A stretch of 64,000 nt of DNA from the human T2T-CHM13v2.0 reference genome, Homo sapiens: assembly GCF_009914755.1 (NCBI RefSeq), contig NC_060928.1; one strand, written 5' to 3'. Every line of letters begins with the position of its first letter. The stretch's first letter is position 1. The notes beneath the pieces are model-generated. The model was not told where the DNA came from, ran no database searches, and was given only the letters and a program-made list of their open reading frames with translations. Below are positions 1 to 18,995 of the stretch, piece after piece. Position numbers and translations under genes: made by a program.

Positions 1-66
1 TGTGGCCTGGTTCCTAACAAGCCACAGACTGGTACCAGTCCCTAGCACAGGGGTTGGGGACTCCTG
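1..66. mobile_element. End of a MER1-type hAT/Charlie DNA transposon
   Basis: ggttcctaaca...ggggttggggactcctg terminal motif, same as the element end at 62125. Confidence 0.6.
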
Positions 67-1312
67 CGCTAATAGTATGTATATACTAATAACGGATGAC
101 CATGGCTGGAGGCAATAGGAAATCTAGAAGATTTTCAAGCAGGAAAAATGTGCTTTATGAGATGTACAGAAAAGCTTTTGAATACTAAATCTGAAGGCAA
201 GCAGACCTGAAAGTGGGTAGGGGTTCCCAAAAATTTGATTTGTGGGTCTGACATTTTCTACCCTCAACACTCTTGATGAACTGGGTATATTCCTATAAAA
301 GTAGTACACTACAGTGATAACTTTCAAGCTGGGTTTGTTAGTGATCATAATGGTGGCTACCCATCCTCATTGATTATTACTGATAGAAGAAAGTAATCAA
401 CTGTATTGAACAATGAAATGTAGCAGATGTAATAAATATCGCTTGAGTGTACTCTATGATAATTACAAAGTTCTGAGCAGGACTGACCAAGACAAGGGCA
501 GCCCCATGGACATGCACAGATTGAGTCTGAATGGGCACTACAGAACATTTTCAGTAGGGAGCTAAAGGTAAAGATAAAGTTTAGCATCTAGGTAAGTCAT
601 TATGTCAGGAAACAGTGAGTTAGTGGTTATCTCTAAGTGGTGAATTTTTAAGAAATTTTTACTCCATATTTATACTTTCATGATTGTCTGAATTTTTAAA
701 TGAACTATGTATTTTTTCATTTGGGGACAGAAAAGCACAATAAGGTCATTATAATGCCTATGAACAGGGCTGGACAAAGCTCTAGGAAATGTCTAAAGAC
801 AGAACTAAAAAATGGAATGACAGTGAGTGGTACAAAAGCCTGGGTTCTAGATATTTTTGACCCAGCAGTTCATTATTATTAAGCTTCTGTAACTGTTCAT
901 CATATGTGAATTGCCCAGCTCTAGAATGCTTATAGGATGGGGTGTGCGTGTAACCATCTATTACTAAATATCACCAGGTTCTGAAGTTACCAAGTCAAGG
1001 TTATTGGGAGCTAATAAACTGAAGAAACTCAACATTAATTAATGAATGCCTGAATGGATAAAAGGAAGCTACTAGGAATGAATATAAAGACAGGCAGTTA
1101 AAAAAAAAAAAAAAGAAAGATGAAATGATGAATGAAAGCATAGGCACAAATTTGACATCATTAGCACAGAAAGCTCCAAACAACATGCTGTGAACCAAGA
1201 GTTTAAGTAAACAGTCTCCGTCCCTTTTCCCATATTCTAGTTTCCTGTCATTGTTTCCAATTCATTTTTTCATGTCATCTTCAAGTTTATACTCCATTTT
1301 ATTTTTATGCTT

Positions 1313-2156
1313 TTGTGATATGTAAGAAGATTTATATATGTTATTTTTATCCTGGTCTTTCCTGGTACACAGCTCCTAAAACCCTTAGAATTGCCAAAAT
1401 GATAGGTGTCCTTTTGTATGCTGTTGAGATGACTGGTAGCTAGGGGCTCCTGCACAGCATCAGTATGAGGGCTAGTTGCCAGGGGAATCAACCAGAGGGT
1501 TGGAGCTTCCAGCTTCATCCCTGGACCCCCAGGGAAGGGGACAAAGGCTAAAGGTTGAGCTGATCACCAGTGGCTGATGATTTAATCATTCGTGCCTACT
1601 TCATGAAGCCTCCATAAAAATCCACAATGACTAGGTTCAGAGAGCTTCTGGATAGCTGAACACTTGGAGATGCCTGGAGGGTGGTGCCCCTGGAAAGGGC
1701 ATGGAAGCTCCACACTCGTTCCCACATACCCTGCCTTTTCCATCTTTTCACCAGACTGTTCTTCTGTAGCCTTTGTAATATCCTTTATAATAAACTGGTA
1801 AATGTATACAAAGCACTTTCTTGAGTTTTGTGATGTTTGAAACCAAAGGTAGTGCTAGGGCTGTTGCAGGAACTCCCAATTTATAACTGGTTGTCAGATG
1901 TACCAAAGGCCTGGACTTGCAACTGGCATCTGAAGTGCGGGACAATCTTGTGGGACTGAGCCCTTAACTTCTGGGACTGAGCCCTTAACTTCTGGAACCT
2001 GACTTTACCTCCAGGTACTATCAGAATACAATTGAATTATAGGATACCCATTTGGTGTCCTCTGGAAAACTGCTGGTATAAGAAACCCCCCTATTTGGTG
2101 ACAGAAGTGTGCTGAGTCTGAGAATAGGAAAAATGGCTTGATTTTTCTTATCTCAT
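1313..2156. mobile_element. MER21-like solo LTR
   Basis: Resembles MER21 consensus as recalled (cctggtacacagctcctaaaaccctt...); a related fragment lies at 21546-21835. Confidence 0.6.
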
Positions 2157-2499
2157 ACAAGCTTTGAACATAGCAACAGAGTTAAAGAGATAGCAAGTCC
2201 ATAAACTCTAATTTCTCTATGCTTCCATCCATAAATCAACTCTCCCAAATCTCTAAAGCAGTGCATTCAAAAAGTGAGTCTAAAATGCATATTCTCACCC
2301 TTGTCTCGAACTCTAGGGGATAGCTTACAATCTGGAATTGTAACAAGTACTCCAGATCATTCTGATGCAATTGTTTGTTGCAGTTAGGTAACAGGTAGCA
2401 ACAATTAGAAAATGCCCTTTACAAAGATCCTTAACTTTTATTCATTAACCCATCCTAATCATTTAAAAAGGCCTAGGGAAAACAAACAAACAAACGTAC

Positions 2500-2706
2500 C
2501 TTTTTCCTTAATCGAGCAGCATTTACCAATTCGCCATTATGTGCCACAGCTATCTTCCCATGAAGTGTTTCAACAACGAAGGGCTGACAATTTTCTAGTT
2601 CACATTTTCCTGTGGTGGCATACCTGGTGTGTCCAATTCCAAGATTTGAAACATATAATTTTTTCAAATTGTCTTCAGTAAAGACGTGATTTACAAGACC
2701 CATTCC
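2500..2706 (-). CDS. PPAT: PPAT coding exon 3 (gene continues beyond the window start)
   Basis: [33 protein letters not shown]...[15 protein letters not shown] (GHxRY and HNG motifs of class II glutamine amidotransferases); ag/gt boundaries; 207 nt. Confidence 0.96.
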
Positions 2707-3242
2707 CTTGAGAAATCAAAAAGTGCAACTTAGAAAAAAACAGACTAGTACTGCTAGTAATAAACGCCTCTCTTCTCTGCCCAGCCAATCCAAATAAGAC
2801 AAAGAAGTACATTTAATATCTCTGTGTTTCAGAATTCTAATCTAAAAAAAAGTCAAAAACAAATAACCTAATTGTAAGAACTGTGAAGCACTTACTTAAA
2901 AAAATTTACTGAGGCAAAAGTCACATACCATAAAATTAACCATTCTAAAAAGAACAATTTAGTGGCATTTAATACCTTCACAATGTTGAAGCACTTGTGT
3001 TTCATAAGATACTATTCACTAAAACATTTAAGAACAGATGTAGTAAGCAATAAAATTTGTCAAGTATAAAAACTAAAATTTGCATTAAAAAAATCAAAGC
3101 ATCTTAAAGCATTTAAATAAATGACCCCCTATTTGAGTTGGTCTTAGACAAAAAAGTATAACTGGGGAAGAAATACATCCTAATTTGACAAATGTTAGGA
3201 TATAAAGTTGAAAGTGGCTGATCCAAAGAATATTACTTTTGA

Positions 3243-3638
<396 letters not shown>

Positions 3639-3654
3639 TAAAGTTCAAATTTAC

Positions 3655-3721
3655 CTTGTGTGATTTGAATGTTGGCACGGAACTCCCATCACTAGTCACA
3701 ATACCAGCACTCTCCTGACCC
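3655..3721 (-). CDS. PPAT: PPAT coding exon 2
   Basis: Acceptor cacag|G, encodes (R)GQESAGIVTSDGSSVPTFKSHK, donor AAG|GTAA; 67 nt; completes the conserved QHRGQ motif in phase with exon 1. Confidence 0.95.
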
Positions 3722-3977
3722 CTGTGAATATAAAAAGATATTAGCTGTTAAATCTGCCAATTGATTAGCTTCTTGAAGAACTTTATCAAGCATACTTTCT
3801 CAACAAGCATCCATGAACTTAGTGTGACAACACATTAAATGCTACTTGTACTAGCACTACTTCTATTGATGATGCTGATGCTGATGATTAGCAATCACAG
3901 CAGATGACAATGTAACAATTAGATATCTCATCTAATATTAACTAACATGCCAGGCAGTCTGTCCTAGCATTTTACGT

Positions 3978-5114
<1,137 letters not shown>

Positions 5115-6518
5115 GCATGCGTGATATAATTTGGTTTTCACAACAATCCTATGAAGTAGGTACTATGATTACCATGCCCATTTTACAGATAAACACACTA
5201 AAGCAATAGAAAGGAAGTTACTTTCCCATTGTCACACAGACAGCAGGTGGTAGCCAGGATTCCAATGCAGACAATCCAACTGCAGAATTTATGCTTCTAA
5301 CCTCTACTCTTTATAACCCCTAAATAGGGTTTCAACAGGATGAGTATGTAGATGTAAATTAAAATCTCCAAATATAATAGAGGCAAAATGCATAGTTGGT
5401 AACCATTTTTTATGCCTTTCTGCATTTTCCAAATGTTCTCCAATAAATAGCACTTTTGCTATTAGAAAAAAAAAATTTTGTTTCTGAAAACCCTCTGCTG
5501 ACCAGGCACCCTTTCCCATGTCTGTGTCTCATTTCCTGCATTAGTGTTGATTAAGTGGTGATACAGAGAAAAAAGCCAAAATCTAGACTGAAGGTAGGGC
5601 AAGACATAGTAAAGACTAAGAGCATCCATACCACTGTGCAGTATAAACTCTCATAAAGGTTCCAACTGCTTTGCCATTTTTAATAGTTCTGAACAAGTGC
5701 TATAAATAGTAGATGTTTATTGACCAATTTTTGTTCCAAAGAATACATATCAGGATAGAAACAAAAAGTAAACCTCTTCCATATGTGCCTGTAGACTTTA
5801 GTAGCTGTTAATACATTGATTTATTTGGTAAAAAGGAACCTTTTTCAAAATTATATATTGCAATTGTTGCAGTGTTTTATTAACGAGAAAAATGACAACA
5901 TTAAATATGTTGCCAAGTAAAACTCTAAAAAAACTTGGCATGATCACAGCTCACAGCAGCCTCAAGAAATGATTTTATTAAATGCATTAAATACTGAAAA
6001 TAGATATGCATAATACTATATACCATATGGGACTAAATAAATTGACTTATGATTTCTTTTATTTAGTGAAATGCTGTGGGGTCTGTAAGTTAACCAATGT
6101 TAGAGGACTAGGTGATTCATGTCAGAGGAAATATATTATTAACATTGGCTATAGACCTCTTGGAAAAAGCCTCTGCCAACCATTTTCAAAACAATTTTTA
6201 AAAATCAACAATCATTTGGTAAAACAGTAAATTATGTAAGAAAAGAAATACACAAAAAACGGTTTTCTTTCCCTTTTGTCTCAAGGGAAGTTTTTCCTTC
6301 AGGCTGAAATGATATAGTTAAGAATCATTTAGATCCAGGCTTCTTTAATCACAAAGCCTGCTTATTTGGCAGTTTCTCAAGTTACTCCCTCAGGCAGCTT
6401 GAACCAGTTAAACTACATCCTTTCAGCTCTTCGGAGCTTATTGACAACCAGCCATCTGGTTTCCTAGGAAACAAAACCTTGGCTGGAAATAGTGAATCAT
6501 TTCCAGGTCACTTTCAAC

Positions 6519-6900
6519 ATGGAGAGTGGAGCAGGAAAGCACTGGACTGAGGAGGAGGTTAAAGCTTTGCTAAGTCTCTGGGCAGAAAAAAATATACGAA
6601 AACAACTTTATGGAACACTAAGAAATAAAGGAATATTTATTTACATTGCTAAAAGGCTGCAATCATTAGGAGTATACAGAGACTGGAAACAGTGCTGGGC
6701 TAAGTACAAAAATCTCAAATATGAATATAGAACAGTTAAATATGCCCATAACTCTGGAGACAGCTCTAAAACTATGAAGTTCTTCCATGATTTGGATGTA
6801 ATCCTGCAGTATGAACCTGCCACACAATTTACAGAGGAAGATGCAAATGGCAGGTACCTGGAAACGCTCAGCCCAAGTACAGCCCCAGAGACCACTGAAG
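6519..6900 (+). CDS. Nested exon A: Myb/SANT-like (Myb_DNA-bind_4/trihelix) domain 1
   Basis: Kozak AACATGG; MESGAGKHWTEEEVKALLSLW...RDWKQCWAKYKNLKYEY...MKFFHDLDVIL; donor AAG|GTAAA, phase 1. Confidence 0.85.
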
Positions 6901-8305
6901 GTAAAAAAAAAAAAAAAAAAAAAAGAAAAGTACTCTTGTTTTTCTTTTGTTTTACAGTTTTATGAACTGTAAAAGTTCAGGACTTCTGTGGCCATATGAT
7001 AAATATAGACTGAAATATCAAGACTGTGGAAAAATAACCAATTTATTATGCTATTTTGCACAAGGTTAAGAATTTTTTTAAAAAGAGGTTAAATATTACC
7101 ACTTTAAAAAAATCTGTAAAATACAGAAAAAGCACATTACAATGGCACTGACTGCTAGTGCCAACTGCATGTGATATGTTTTTGAAATATGGATTGAGTT
7201 CTAAAAATAGTTTAAGTTTTAATTTTATAAGAGTGGTAAATAAGGGGAAAAATATCAAAAACATTGCTCAACTGATGTTTTTCCACAGCTCCAAACAAGA
7301 ACTTTCTCCTTTATTTAATTTGCGTTTTCCTAAATTTATAAATAAAAGCACATTTAAAATAACTGTTCTACACTATTTCATTACTTGTTTACAAGAACAG
7401 CTCCATTTTAACAATGAAGAAGAACAGCTCCATTTTAACAATGAAGTATAATGAAGATTTAGTACATGAAATGATCTGAGACTAAGTGATTTACAGGGGT
7501 TTCTTGACGTGCTGTGTTGTTAAACCCAACACTATTTACATAGAATCTACTCATTGTCTGTGGAAGCATTAGTAGGCAAAGGGAGGGAAATCAATGACAG
7601 TAATGAGATGTCTACCATAGTCTAAATCTTATAGATGCTATTTCAAGAGCAGAATTATTCAAAAATCTGTAATACCCACTATCTGTGTGTACCATGGGCA
7701 AAGCACTAAGTTATATGCGTTTAGTAATGCGAAACCTCAAAAAGGACAGAACTGCAAATAAATTTAACACCTGAGAGAAAACAGTAAATAGTATAATAAA
7801 AGTACCAAATGTGAATGGGGTTAAGAGGACAAAGATTACAACTGGTTAACTTAAGTTAGCTATTTTTCATGTTTACAGCTCAGTAACAAATCATTTCATT
7901 AAAAGAAGAATCCACCCTGCCTACATTCTTTCCATTTCTGAGATGACACCAAATTCTGAGAAAGCTTTGCAGTTATTACCATATTAAACAGCAATCACAT
8001 TATTTTATTCAATTAAACACCTTCGACTCTTCATTATTTAAGTGCTTTAAATATTGATTAATAAATAAGTAAATCACTTAGCTTCTGAAAGTCCCCGATT
8101 TTAACCAGGAGTTGGTCTGATGAAGATGTGGGTGCCAATATCTCTACTTCTTAAAGGGATCTTCAGCGCTTTCAGGTACTCCCTTGGCTCCAAACTCCTT
8201 CGTTTTCACTCATAAACAGAGGGACTATCCTTACAACATAACTATGCACGTTTAGTTACCTCAAACTCCCAATTCCAAAATCAAACTCTCTATTCTCCCA
8301 TCACC

Positions 8306-9922
<1,617 letters not shown>

Positions 9923-10234
9923 ATTAACGACTTAGGCTAATTTAAGAAACAATGGCCTATAATGATATACAAATTGGTAACTTTTAATTTGCATTTGTTT
10001 AATTACCAGTAAGGTAGAACACTTTTCTATACAATTTTACAAACTGACCATTCATGTCAATTGGGGTCTTAGAAATTTGCATGATTTTCTTGCCTTATGA
10101 TTTATTTGATCTGCAGAATCCAAAAATTTTTAAGGTAATCAAAGTTTTCTCCCTAGGGCTTAGGAAGCCCTCCTTGCACCAGGTTTGATTCATTATGTAA
10201 TGTTTTCTGGTTTTTCCTATGGCGGAACCAGCAG

Positions 10235-10318
10235 AATTTTTATTGGTGTGTGATACACGGAAGAAGGGAAGAAAACGAAAGTGCCTTTTCCACTGTTGGG
10301 ATCAACCTCATGCAAGTG
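10235..10318 (+). CDS. Nested exon B: basic NLS-like linker
   Basis: Pyrimidine tract then CAGCAG acceptor; EFLLVCDTRKKGRKRKCLFHCWDQPHAS; G|GTAAGG; 84 nt, phase 1-1, no stop. Confidence 0.7.
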
Positions 10319-11796
10319 GTAAGGATAGGCCACTTGTTAGGCAGCAAGTAGCCAGGACCAGAGCCATGGCAAAAGACCCAAATACACTTTTGACCAACTC
10401 TAAGAGGCTTCATCTTCTGCTAAATCTCATCATCCTCAGCCTCAGAATTCCTTTGGCCTATGGCTGCCAAACCACATTCCTTCAGTGGTCAATTTCCCCT
10501 CTATTTCACTCCTCTTATTTTATACAAATGTATCGCAAGTAATGATTTAAGACTTTCACTTTAAAATCTCCAGAGCCTCTGCCTACAGTTTTAGGATTCA
10601 TGCTGTGGAATGAGCAACTTAAGAAAAAATTATCTGAAGAGGTTGGAGAGAGAGCTTTTCTGTTTCACTACCATCTGTATGTTTGGTCCAGACTCTTTTC
10701 TATGGACGTAAATCTGGACTCTAAACCAGGTAATAGAATAGAAACCCTGCCTTTATTTACTGCTCTCATACTCAAGCTCAGGTGTTAAATAACCTGGGCC
10801 CTGTTTCTCTAAAGGTAATTCTTACATAACTCCAGATTTTTATTTTCCCTGTTTTCAACCAAATCTAAAACATTCCTCGACAACATTTTAGCCTAAAGCA
10901 ATTATAAAACCTGATTTAAAATTTTTGACAATTTTTACCTTGAGAGTTTATAAAAATACAACTGTGCCATCTGAAAGCAGTGATGTGCTTTTGTACTTAT
11001 GTTTATTTTTCATTTGTTTTCCTATTTTAACATAGAAACCCTAATAGAGTTTTTAAGATGATAAAGAGCATATCTTTTCTTTTTCTTCAATGGGAATGCC
11101 TGTAAACATAATGGTGAATCATGATTTAAAATGAATATTTATGCCATTAAAATCACACCTAAAAGTTGATATATTAATGTAAAATACAATGCTACTTTTG
11201 TTACTCAATAAAATAGAAGTGGAAAAACATTTGGCAATGAAATGATTAATGAGATGAGTAAATTTTTAATTGAGACATTACAAAGAGCAATCAAAAGATA
11301 CTTATCCGCCTCCCAATTAGTCTGCAATTTCATGTAATTATAATTCATCTTCATGTGTCAATTGAGTTAAAAATCATGTAAACTGCATTCCTTTCTAAGA
11401 TGTACTTCATCCTCCTCATTTGATCACTTTAAAAAGTAGCCTATGCCTCATTTTATGAAAGCCTATATAAAAGCATCCAAACCATAAAACAAGGAAATCA
11501 AAGGAGGAATTCAATTTTTATGGTTGGCATGTTTCTTTTAAATGACATATTCCTTAGTCCATTTAAACATAATTTAACTTCTGGAAACTTTAATATGTAT
11601 CAATCAATAAATTATATAAGATACTTAAAAACTCTAAGCTATTTGATCATACATGCCAAAAAAACAGCATTTTCTAATTATCTATCTCATTGCAGGACCT
11701 ACTCTTTTACATTACTGGTATTATTTAGCAAATGCCTACTCTGTTAGAGCACCCAAGATACAATTATAAATAAAACACCACATTTAAAAATTGTAA

Positions 11797-14617
<2,821 letters not shown>

Positions 14618-15612
14618 AAAAATTCCTTTCTTTAATAATATTACATCCAATTTGAAACCCTGTCTCAAAAAAAACACAAAGACCAAAGTTAATGTGCTTG
14701 TAAGTTTATAATTCAGAAAATGAACCTACTTCTTTTATGAAAATGAAATCTGAGAAAAACACAAGATTGGTTGTCAAAATAACCAATATAAAGTCAAGTA
14801 CTGTCAGTAATGTAAATGAAGTATAAAACTGTTCTAGAGACCTAATACACACCATGGCATATTAAAGGATTTATAACTAAGTGGAGACATACTGCCTAGG
14901 AACAAGGCATTATGAAATTTCTGACACATTTCCCTACCATTAAAAGAAAATACTTCATTTAAAATGGCTTTAGTCTTTCTGTAATTTTCGCAAGGTGTAA
15001 GCACTGATTGTTCTGTGTGACTCTTCCAAGCCCTCAGCTCATGAGTAGCCTCAGTTCTCAACCCTGACTACACATTAGATTCACAGTCTGGGGATGAGGG
15101 ATGAGGCAGGTACCAGAGTGGTGGTTTTTAAATGCTTCCCAGTAGACTGATATATAGCCAAAGGAAATCGTAAGATAAAGAAAAAAGAAAGGAGTTAAAT
15201 TGTTTGTACCTATCCTATTTCAAAACAAATTATCTACAATGAGCCATTTTCTTAAGTAATTACTGTTTTCTATAGTAAATGCTACACATTTATATATTGA
15301 ACTTCCACTATACACTGACATACACCCTACATACTAAAGGAGTGGTATGGAAGAGAAAAAAAAGGTATACAGGAAAGATGATCAAAATATGACTAAAAAA
15401 ACACAACTTTATTAAAGCCAGTAACCGGCATAATAATGGACAGATTTAGGTTCTGTATTTTGTTTCCTCACTGTTTAAGAGAAAAGCTAAGCTATGATTT
15501 GTTACTCCATCTCCTATGGAGGAAACTGCTTTCTTTAATAATGTTGCATCCAATTATTTACCTTGTCTGATGTATATAATGCATATATCTTTTACCTCTC
15601 TACCTAATGCAG

Positions 15613-16047
15613 GTATCTCTACGTCAGTATTGGAACCCTCTAATAATACAACTTTTATCCCAACTGTAGCAAATGAAGGAGGAAAGCACTGGACTGTGCC
15701 AGAAGTCAGGGCTCTAATAGACATCTGGTCTGATAAAAGCAGACAACGACAACTAGAGGGAACAGTGAGAAATAAGAGGATATTTCAACAAATTGCAGCC
15801 AAGCTTCAGAAATTTGGAATAGACAGAGACTGGAAACAGTGCAGAACAAAATACAAAAACCTAAAACATGAATACAAGATCGTAAGAACAGCTCAAGATC
15901 TAGGCATGACTAAGAGTATGAAATTTTTTACTGAGTTGGATGCTATTCTGGGACCCAATAAAACAGAAAAATCACGAGACCAGGAATCCCAAGATGGAGA
16001 ACATGTCACAGAATGTGCCAACGTAAAAATGGGAGAGGACCAGACAG
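15613..16047 (+). CDS. Nested exon D: Myb/SANT-like domain 2
   Basis: Pyrimidine tract, gcag|GT; ...GGKHWTVPEVRALIDIWSDK...RDWKQCRTKYKNLKHEY...MKFFTELDAIL; CAG|GTAGG; 435 nt, phase 1-1. Confidence 0.85.
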
Positions 16048-16092
16048 GTAGGAAGGTGAAGAAAAATAATCTTAACATCATGTTACATCACA

Positions 16093-16425
16093 CAGGTTCA
16101 AGGATCCCTTTTCCAAAATGCCTGGGATCAGAAGTGTTTCAGATTTAGATACTTTTTCAGATTTTAGAGTATTTGCATATACATAGTGAGGTATCTTAGA
16201 AAGGGGAGCCAAGTCCAAACATGAAATTCATATGTGTTTCATATATATAGCTTAAAGCTAATTTTATGCAATATTCTTAATAATTTTGTGCATGAAACAA
16301 AGTTTTGACTATACCCATCACATGAGGTCAAGTGTATAATTTTCCACATGTAGCATCATGTTGGTGCTCAAAAAGTTTCAAATTTTGTAGCATTTCAGAT
16401 TTCATATTAGGGATGCTCAACCTGT
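16093..16425. mobile_element. Tigger-type (MER46/Tigger4-like) DNA transposon fossil
   Basis: Terminal inverted repeats caggttcaaggatccc ... gggatgctcaacctg followed by TA. Confidence 0.6.
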
Positions 16426-16956
16426 ATTGAGAATGTTCAGTACCATAAGAGGAATATTATATATGTAAGTTAAATAGGTTTCATTACATGCTATTTGACA
16501 AGCTAGCTGAATTTATTATGAAACAGATTTAGTATACATTTGATCTTCCCCAGAATAGAAACAGTACAGTTATACAAAAAGGAGGAAATAAAACTGGATT
16601 CCCAGAATAAAGTTTAAAATAGATCAATTTTAATAAAGCAAATATGCAACCCCAGATGGCAGAAGTTAAAGTAAATTTTCATACTAATTGTGGTAAAATT
16701 GAGTAAAATAGAAAAAGGGCATTGAAGAACTTAGAAAAATATAAAATACATGAGACTTTCTTAGAAGTAGTACATTTCTCTGAGACCCATCATAAATGTC
16801 TTTAAAGTATATTTAAACCAAAGGATTGAGATACAGTACATACACACTAAGACATGATAGCATGAAATAAACTGAATGAGTTCTAGACCAGGATTCAGGA
16901 AATCAAAGTTGTAAGGCTCTGTGGAAGCTTGAAGTAACCAAGTGTCTTCTCTAGAC

Positions 16957-17493
16957 CAGGGGTCCCCAACACCTGGACCCTTACTGGTCCGTGGCCTGTT
17001 ACGAACTGGGTTGCACAGCAGGAGGTGAGTGGTGGGCGAGCCAAGCTTCATCTGTATTTACAGACACTCCCCATCATGCACATTATGACCTGAGCTCCGC
17101 GACTCCTGTCAGATCAACGGCAACATTAGATTCTCACATTAGATTAGAACACTGGAGCACGAAGACTGTTGTGAACTGTGCAGGCAAGGGATCTAGGTTG
17201 TGTGCTCCTTATGAGAATCTAATGCCTGATGATCTGTCATTGTCTCCCATCACTCCCAGATGGGACCATGTAGTTGCAGGAAAACAAGCTCCGGGCTCCC
17301 ACTGATTCTAGATTATGGTGAGTTGTTTAATTATTTCATTATATATTACAACGTAATAATAACAGAAATAAAGTGCACAATAAATGTAATGCACTTGAAT
17401 CCTCCCAAAACCATGGCCCCCTCACCCCCTGGTCCATGGAAAAATTGTCTTCCGTGAAACCAGTCCCTGGTGCCAAAAGGTTGGAGACCGCTG
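16957..17493. mobile_element. MER1A-like hAT DNA transposon
   Basis: TIRs caggggtcccc / ggagaccgctg; 8-bp TSD ctctagac/ctgtagac. Confidence 0.8.
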
Positions 17494-17796
17494 CTGTAGA
17501 CCTAACTCCAAAATTGGGGGGTGTGGACAAGATGGTCTTAAAGACCTCTACTAACCACAGTGTCTCCGGATTTTATTATCTGGCTTAAATGATGAGTCCC
17601 AATTGTAAGACAGTCTGCGTCTAGGGAAGAGAGGGGAACCACAGACAGTTAAGACTGGAAATGTTGGTGAGAAATCTCAAAATATTTCGCTGGTGGACAA
17701 GAAAGAAACTGGTATGCTAGAGAACTATACATCTCCCCCAGTTAGATGACTACAGATAAAGCAGCCCAACAGCAGTGGCATGATATCTTCATACAG

Positions 17797-17904
17797 TCAT
17801 TGCTGGAGATGCAGCTAAAGATGATTCCATTAGTTATGTCAGAAGACTTAGTTAGAGACTCAGATACATACCCAATATCTATAGTGACAAAAAGATGCTT
17901 AAGG
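17797..17904 (+). pseudogene. Degenerate duplicate of the acidic linker exon
   Basis: Shares ttcatacag|tcattgctggagatg with 18350-18436 but has an indel and an in-frame TAG. Confidence 0.45.
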
Positions 17905-17987
17905 GTAGGGAATCTAACTAATCATATTTAATATTAGGGTCCCTTTAAAAAGGAAAATACTGCATTAGAGTTTAAAACACAATTCTG

Positions 17988-18300
<313 letters not shown>

Positions 18301-18358
18301 AAACACGATCCTGAAGTAAATTTAAAAAGCCAATATATATCCCCTTATGTTCATACAG

Positions 18359-18436
18359 TCATTGCTGGAGATGTAGCTGAAGATGATTCAGTCAGTAATA
18401 AGTCAGAAGACATAGGAGATACAGATAAAAAACAAG
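18359..18436 (+). CDS. Nested exon D2: acidic linker (candidate)
   Basis: catacag|TC; VIAGDVAEDDSVSNKSEDIGDTDKKQ; AAG|GTCTT (weak donor); 78 nt, phase 1-1, open. Confidence 0.5.
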
Positions 18437-18542
18437 GTCTTGACACACATAAAATAATATTCTGGTTTTTTTTTTTGTACGTGTGTGTGTGTGTGTGTGT
18501 GTGTGTGACAAAGTATATACATAAAATGCTATTATAAGACAC

Positions 18543-18995
18543 TGCTATGGCCTGAACTGTGTTCCTCCCACCAATATTCATATATTGAAGCCTTAACCCC
18601 CAATGTGATGTATTTGGAGACAGGGCCTTTGAATGATAACTAGCTTTAGATGAGGTCATGAGAGTGGTGCCCTCATAATGGGTTTTAGATTTTATATCTA
18701 TATATTAATAGACGCTACCATACCTAAGAAATTATGTTATAACATTATATGAAGTACTGTTGGATCATAACTCAAAACACATAAATGAAAGGTGGAAATA
18801 ATTAATGGAAGCAATGTTCCCCATCGCTGTTTTTCTCCAAGTGTAGCAGCATCAGCATTAACTGAGAACTTACTCAAAATGCAAATTCTTGGGCCCCATC
18901 CAGAATCAGAAACTCTGGTGTTGGGGCCTAGCAATCTGTTTTAACAAGTCTTCCAGGTTATAATGATGCAAGCAAGTTTGAGAATCATTACCCTC
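18543..18995. mobile_element. MLT1-like LTR fragment followed by a MER5A-like element
   Basis: tgctatggcctgaactgtg start; cagcatcagc...aatgcaaattcttgggcccc motif. Confidence 0.55.

Noticed and set aside
15516-16148. 210-aa ORF read as a single-exon gene
   Set aside because: Its N-terminus is intronic pyrimidine tract and its C-terminus runs into a Tigger-like fossil; the splice sites define the exon as 15613-16047.
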